51,793 nt of DNA from Limisphaerales bacterium. GTDB lineage: Bacteria > Verrucomicrobiota > Verrucomicrobiia > Limisphaerales > SIBE01. Shown one piece after another: positions 48,579 to 51,793 of the stretch; the stretch's first letter is position 1, and every line of letters starts with the position of its first letter. Location: positions 124,001-175,793 of the forward strand of contig JBGAIN010000002.1 in NCBI GenBank assembly GCA_044225505.1, given 5' to 3'. Below the pieces are notes generated by a model. It worked only from the letters and a program-made list of their open reading frames with translations. It was not told where the DNA came from and searched no databases. A program made the translations under genes and the position numbers.

Positions 48579-49460
48579 ATGAATAATCATCACACGCTCA
48601 TCGATGCCCTTGCCAAATCGAAAGTATATCAGGAATACGAGCGCGCCTTTAGCGAAGCGACCGGACTGCCTGTCAGCCTCCGGCCTGTCGAGTCCTGGCA
48701 ACTTCCCCATCACGGCAAGCGCAATGAGAACCGCTTCTGTGCGATGATGGCCGAAAAGAGTCGTTCTTGCGCCAACTGTTTGCAAGTGCAGCAGAAACTG
48801 TCTGAAAACGCTACCCACGAAGCCTACACGACTATCTGCGACGCTGGCATGTCAGACACAGCCGTGCCGGTTCGATTAGGCGAAAAGCTCGTCGGATTTC
48901 TGCAGACTGGCCAGGTCTTTCGCAAAACACCTTCGCCCGCGCAATTTGACCGGACCGCCAAGATAATCTCCGAGTGGGGCGTGGACGCAGATGTTGCTAA
49001 GCTTCGTGATGCCTATTTTGAGACCCGAGTGTTGTCGCCAAAACAGTATGCTTCCTCGGTTCGTTTGCTCAGCATTTTTGCGGAGCACCTATCGATGGTG
49101 AGCAACCAAGTGGTTGTTCAACAACAAACTGCAGAACCTCCAGTAATTACCCGAGCAAAGCAATTTATTCTCGAGCATCAAGGGGAAGACCTGTCGTTGG
49201 GCCAGGTTGCCAAGGCGGTCAATACGAGCACGTTCTACTTCTGCAAGATGTTCAAGAAGGCGACGGGGGTGAATTTCACAGATTATCTGTCGCGTGTGCG
49301 AATCGAAAAAGCGAAGAACTTGCTGCTGAACCCCAATTTGCGAATCAGCGAAATTGCCTACGAAGTGGGATTCCAATCCTTGACCCATTTCAATCGAGTG
49401 TTTAAAAAGATCGTGGGCCAGTCGCCCACAGAGTATCGGGGTCATCTTCCGACCGCCTAA
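48579..49460 (+). CDS. AraC-family regulator with PocR ligand-binding domain
   Basis: NRFC...C..C...CDAG...AVPV...GQV sensor domain and a C-terminal double HTH (AYEVGFQSLTHFNRVFKK). Confidence 0.92.
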   Translation: MNNHHTLIDALAKSKVYQEYERAFSEATGLPVSLRPVESWQLPHHGKRNENRFCAMMAEKSRSCANCLQVQQKLSENATHEAYTTICDAGMSDTAVPVRLGEKLVGFLQTGQVFRKTPSPAQFDRTAKIISEWGVDADVAKLRDAYFETRVLSPKQYASSVRLLSIFAEHLSMVSNQVVVQQQTAEPPVITRAKQFILEHQGEDLSLGQVAKAVNTSTFYFCKMFKKATGVNFTDYLSRVRIEKAKNLLLNPNLRISEIAYEVGFQSLTHFNRVFKKIVGQSPTEYRGHLPTA

Positions 49461-49665
49461 TCGAGCGGCGAAAACGGCAAGGCAGTCGGTCCTTTTCCCG
49501 GTTAACTGAGCGGGGCCGCCTTAGAGTCACGTGACAAGGCTACGATGAGCGCCGTCGCCGCTTCAACGGACGGTTTAAATCTTCGAGGTTAGTTGAGACC
49601 AAGCACGGTTTGCCCCGGGTTTTAGGAGTCATCCCGGACAGGCGGAAGGCGGTCTTCGTTAATCG

Positions 49666-49685
49666 TTGGTGACGTTTGTCACCAA
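49666..49685. promoter_or_regulatory. 20-bp palindrome, candidate operator (copy 2)
   Basis: TTGGTGAC-GTTT-GTCACCAA. Confidence 0.55.
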
Positions 49686-49961
49686 TTTTCTAAGCTCTGT
49701 TTCACCAACCCTTTACGTCATTCTCAGAAGGCGTCTATAGGGCTAAGCAGGCCTCCCGGTCCCATCCCACGGGATATCCCAACGGTATCACTTGGCGTTC
49801 CTCGCGTTTCGCCCGAAACCGCTGGATTCGAGACCCGTCGATGAAGTAGCGGCTCTGTTGAACAGGAGATTCGAGATTGCGATCAACCCGGGTGCATGGG
49901 ATGGTTCGGGCTCGTCAAACTCTTGTGGAGAACGGGAACTGAAGCGTTTAGGATGCGACTA

Positions 49962-51725
49962 ATGACAGATTTCTCGCGCATGACCAAGGCTGAATTGATC
50001 GCTTGCCTGAAAGAGGCCGAAGTCAAAGCGACAAGTTCCCAAGCGACTTGCCCGATGGCCTCGACCTCTCCGACCGCGTTGAAGGACACAGAAGAGAGGA
50101 TGCGTGCCATTCTCGAAACAGCGGTTGAGGGCATTATCACGATTGACGAACGTGGCCTGATCGAATCGCTGAACCCGGCCGCGGAACGAGTTTTCGGTTA
50201 CAGCGCGCACGAGCTCGTTGGCCAGAACGTCAGCGTCCTAATGCCGCCACCATACCGGGAGGGGCACGACGGGTACATGGCCAACTACTTGCAGACTGGC
50301 CACGCCAAGATCATTGGGATCGGACGAGAGGTCGTCGGCCGAAGAAAGGATGGAACGGTTTTTCCGATGGACCTGGCCGTGAGCGAAGTTCGTTTGGCGA
50401 GCCGGCGACTTTTTACGGGCTTCGTGCGTGACATTTCCGAAAGGCGTCGCGCGGAGATTCGGCAGAAAGTGCATTATGCGACGGTGCGGAGCCTGGCGGA
50501 ATCAAATTCACTAGGAGAAGCTGCGCCAAGGGTCATGGAAGGGATCTGCCAGATCATGGGCTGGGATTTCGCGGAATTTTGGGGAGTGGATCGTGAGGCC
50601 AGCGTCGTTCATCAAGTGCAATCCTGGCATCCGAAGTTGGAGGAATTTTCCGAATCTGGATTCCTGTCCGCCGGGCGATCGTTGAACCGAGGGGAAGGAT
50701 TGCCAGGAAGGGTGTGGGCGACAAGCAAACCCGAATGGATTACGAGCTCTGCTTTGCTGGCGGAGGCGAGCCGACTTCCAGCTCAACTTCAGAGGGAACT
50801 TCATGGGGCGCTGGGCTTGCCAATCTTGCTTGGCACCGACGTTTTGGGCATTGTGATTTTCTTTAGTCGCGAGGCCATTGCGCCGGACAACGAGTCCCTT
50901 GCGTCGTTCACGGCGATTGGCAACCAGATCGGGCAGTTTATTGAAAGGAAACGGGCGGAAGCGAAGCTCGGAGAGCTTGCACGGACACTCGCGGAGAAGA
51001 ACAAGGAACTCGAGACGATCGTCTACGTCGCATCGCACGATTTGCGGTCGCCGCTGGTCAATATTCAAGGGTTCAGTCGCGAGCTCTCGCGGGCCTGTGA
51101 CATCGTGCGGGCGAAGTTGGCAGAAAGTCAGAGTCCAGAGTTGCGGACGCCCGAATTGGAGACACTCCTGAGCCAGGACATTCCCGAAGCAATCCAGTTT
51201 ATTCTCGCGGGGGTTAAGAAAATCGATACCTTACTGGCGGGCTTTTTGAGGTTCTCACGTTTAGGCCGCGCTGCCATCAAGATTGACCGTATCGCGATGG
51301 CTTCCCTGATCACGAGCATCATCCAAACGATGGATTTTCAGATCAAACGCGCCGGGATCACAATCGAGGTTGATTGCCTGCCCGATTGCTTGGGCGACAC
51401 CACTCAAATCAACCAAGTATTCTCGAACCTCCTCGATAACGCGATCAAGTACATAGACCCCGCTCGCCCTGGCAAGATTCAGGTGCGAGGCTGGACTGAG
51501 GGCGGCCGGGCGATCTTCGCCGTACGCGACAACGGCCGAGGTATCGCCCAGGAACACCAGTCCAAGATTTTCGAAATTTTCCACCGATTGGACCCCAGTG
51601 CGAGTGAGGGGGAAGGGTTAGGATTGACGATTGCCCAGAGGATCTTGGAAAGACAAGGGGGCCGGATTTGGGTCGAGTCGGCGCCTCAGCAAGGCAGTAC
51701 GTTTTTTGTTTCATTGCCAACCTGA
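49962..51725 (+). CDS. FixL-like PAS, GAF histidine kinase
   Basis: LMPPPYREGHDGY...IIGIGREVVGRRKDG FixL-type PAS; GEGLPGRVW GAF; SHDLRSPL, NLLDNAIKY and GEGLGL. Start is uncertain (49896, 49953 or 49962). Confidence 0.92.
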   Translation: MTDFSRMTKAELIACLKEAEVKATSSQATCPMASTSPTALKDTEERMRAILETAVEGIITIDERGLIESLNPAAERVFGYSAHELVGQNVSVLMPPPYREGHDGYMANYLQTGHAKIIGIGREVVGRRKDGTVFPMDLAVSEVRLASRRLFTGFVRDISERRRAEIRQKVHYATVRSLAESNSLGEAAPRVMEGICQIMGWDFAEFWGVDREASVVHQVQSWHPKLEEFSESGFLSAGRSLNRGEGLPGRVWATSKPEWITSSALLAEASRLPAQLQRELHGALGLPILLGTDVLGIVIFFSREAIAPDNESLASFTAIGNQIGQFIERKRAEAKLGELARTLAEKNKELETIVYVASHDLRSPLVNIQGFSRELSRACDIVRAKLAESQSPELRTPELETLLSQDIPEAIQFILAGVKKIDTLLAGFLRFSRLGRAAIKIDRIAMASLITSIIQTMDFQIKRAGITIEVDCLPDCLGDTTQINQVFSNLLDNAIKYIDPARPGKIQVRGWTEGGRAIFAVRDNGRGIAQEHQSKIFEIFHRLDPSASEGEGLGLTIAQRILERQGGRIWVESAPQQGSTFFVSLPT

Positions 51726-51747
51726 AGCTGCGTAACACACTAAGAAC

Positions 51748-51793
51748 ATGACGAAGGAAGTGGTAATCCTCATCGCTGAGGATGACGATGGAC
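51748..51793 (+). CDS. Response regulator, N-terminal fragment (runs off the window)
   Basis: MTKEVVILIAEDDDG directly after the kinase. Confidence 0.85.
   Translation, partial: MTKEVVILIAEDDDG

Overview
A GC-rich (roughly 58%), gene-dense bacterial chromosomal segment, most likely from a Verrucomicrobiota (PVC superphylum) genome or MAG. The taxonomic call rests on PSD1/DUF1553 cytochrome plus DUF1501 genes, a prepilin/H-X9-DG protein and a PocR-AraC regulator. It holds about 42 CDS, including housekeeping trpS and purB and ten two-component signalling genes. Two accessory systems stand out. (1) At 11.1-16.8 kb a tightly coupled MaoC dehydratase, SDR, FkbH, ACP, MBOAT (ending in a DltX-like FIYANF motif) and DltD-like SGNH operon looks like a Dlt-style envelope acylation pathway fed by a PKS-type glyceryl/lactyl-ACP loading module. 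(2) At 21.4-34.1 kb a hydrolase, stand-alone DUF2156 and OprB operon precedes a PhcB-like methyltransferase and four kinase/receiver genes, resembling the Ralstonia phcBSR fatty-acid-methyl-ester quorum-sensing locus. Features read directly from the DNA include a 361-bp MITE with an 8-bp target duplication, a REP-like inverted pair, an 11-bp tandem repeat, a 20-bp palindrome present twice 33 kb apart, an unannotated 41-aa lipoprotein, a probable frameshifted aldo/keto reductase and a 9-N scaffold gap. No tRNA, rRNA or CRISPR array was seen. Family calls come from motif recognition only; no searches were run.
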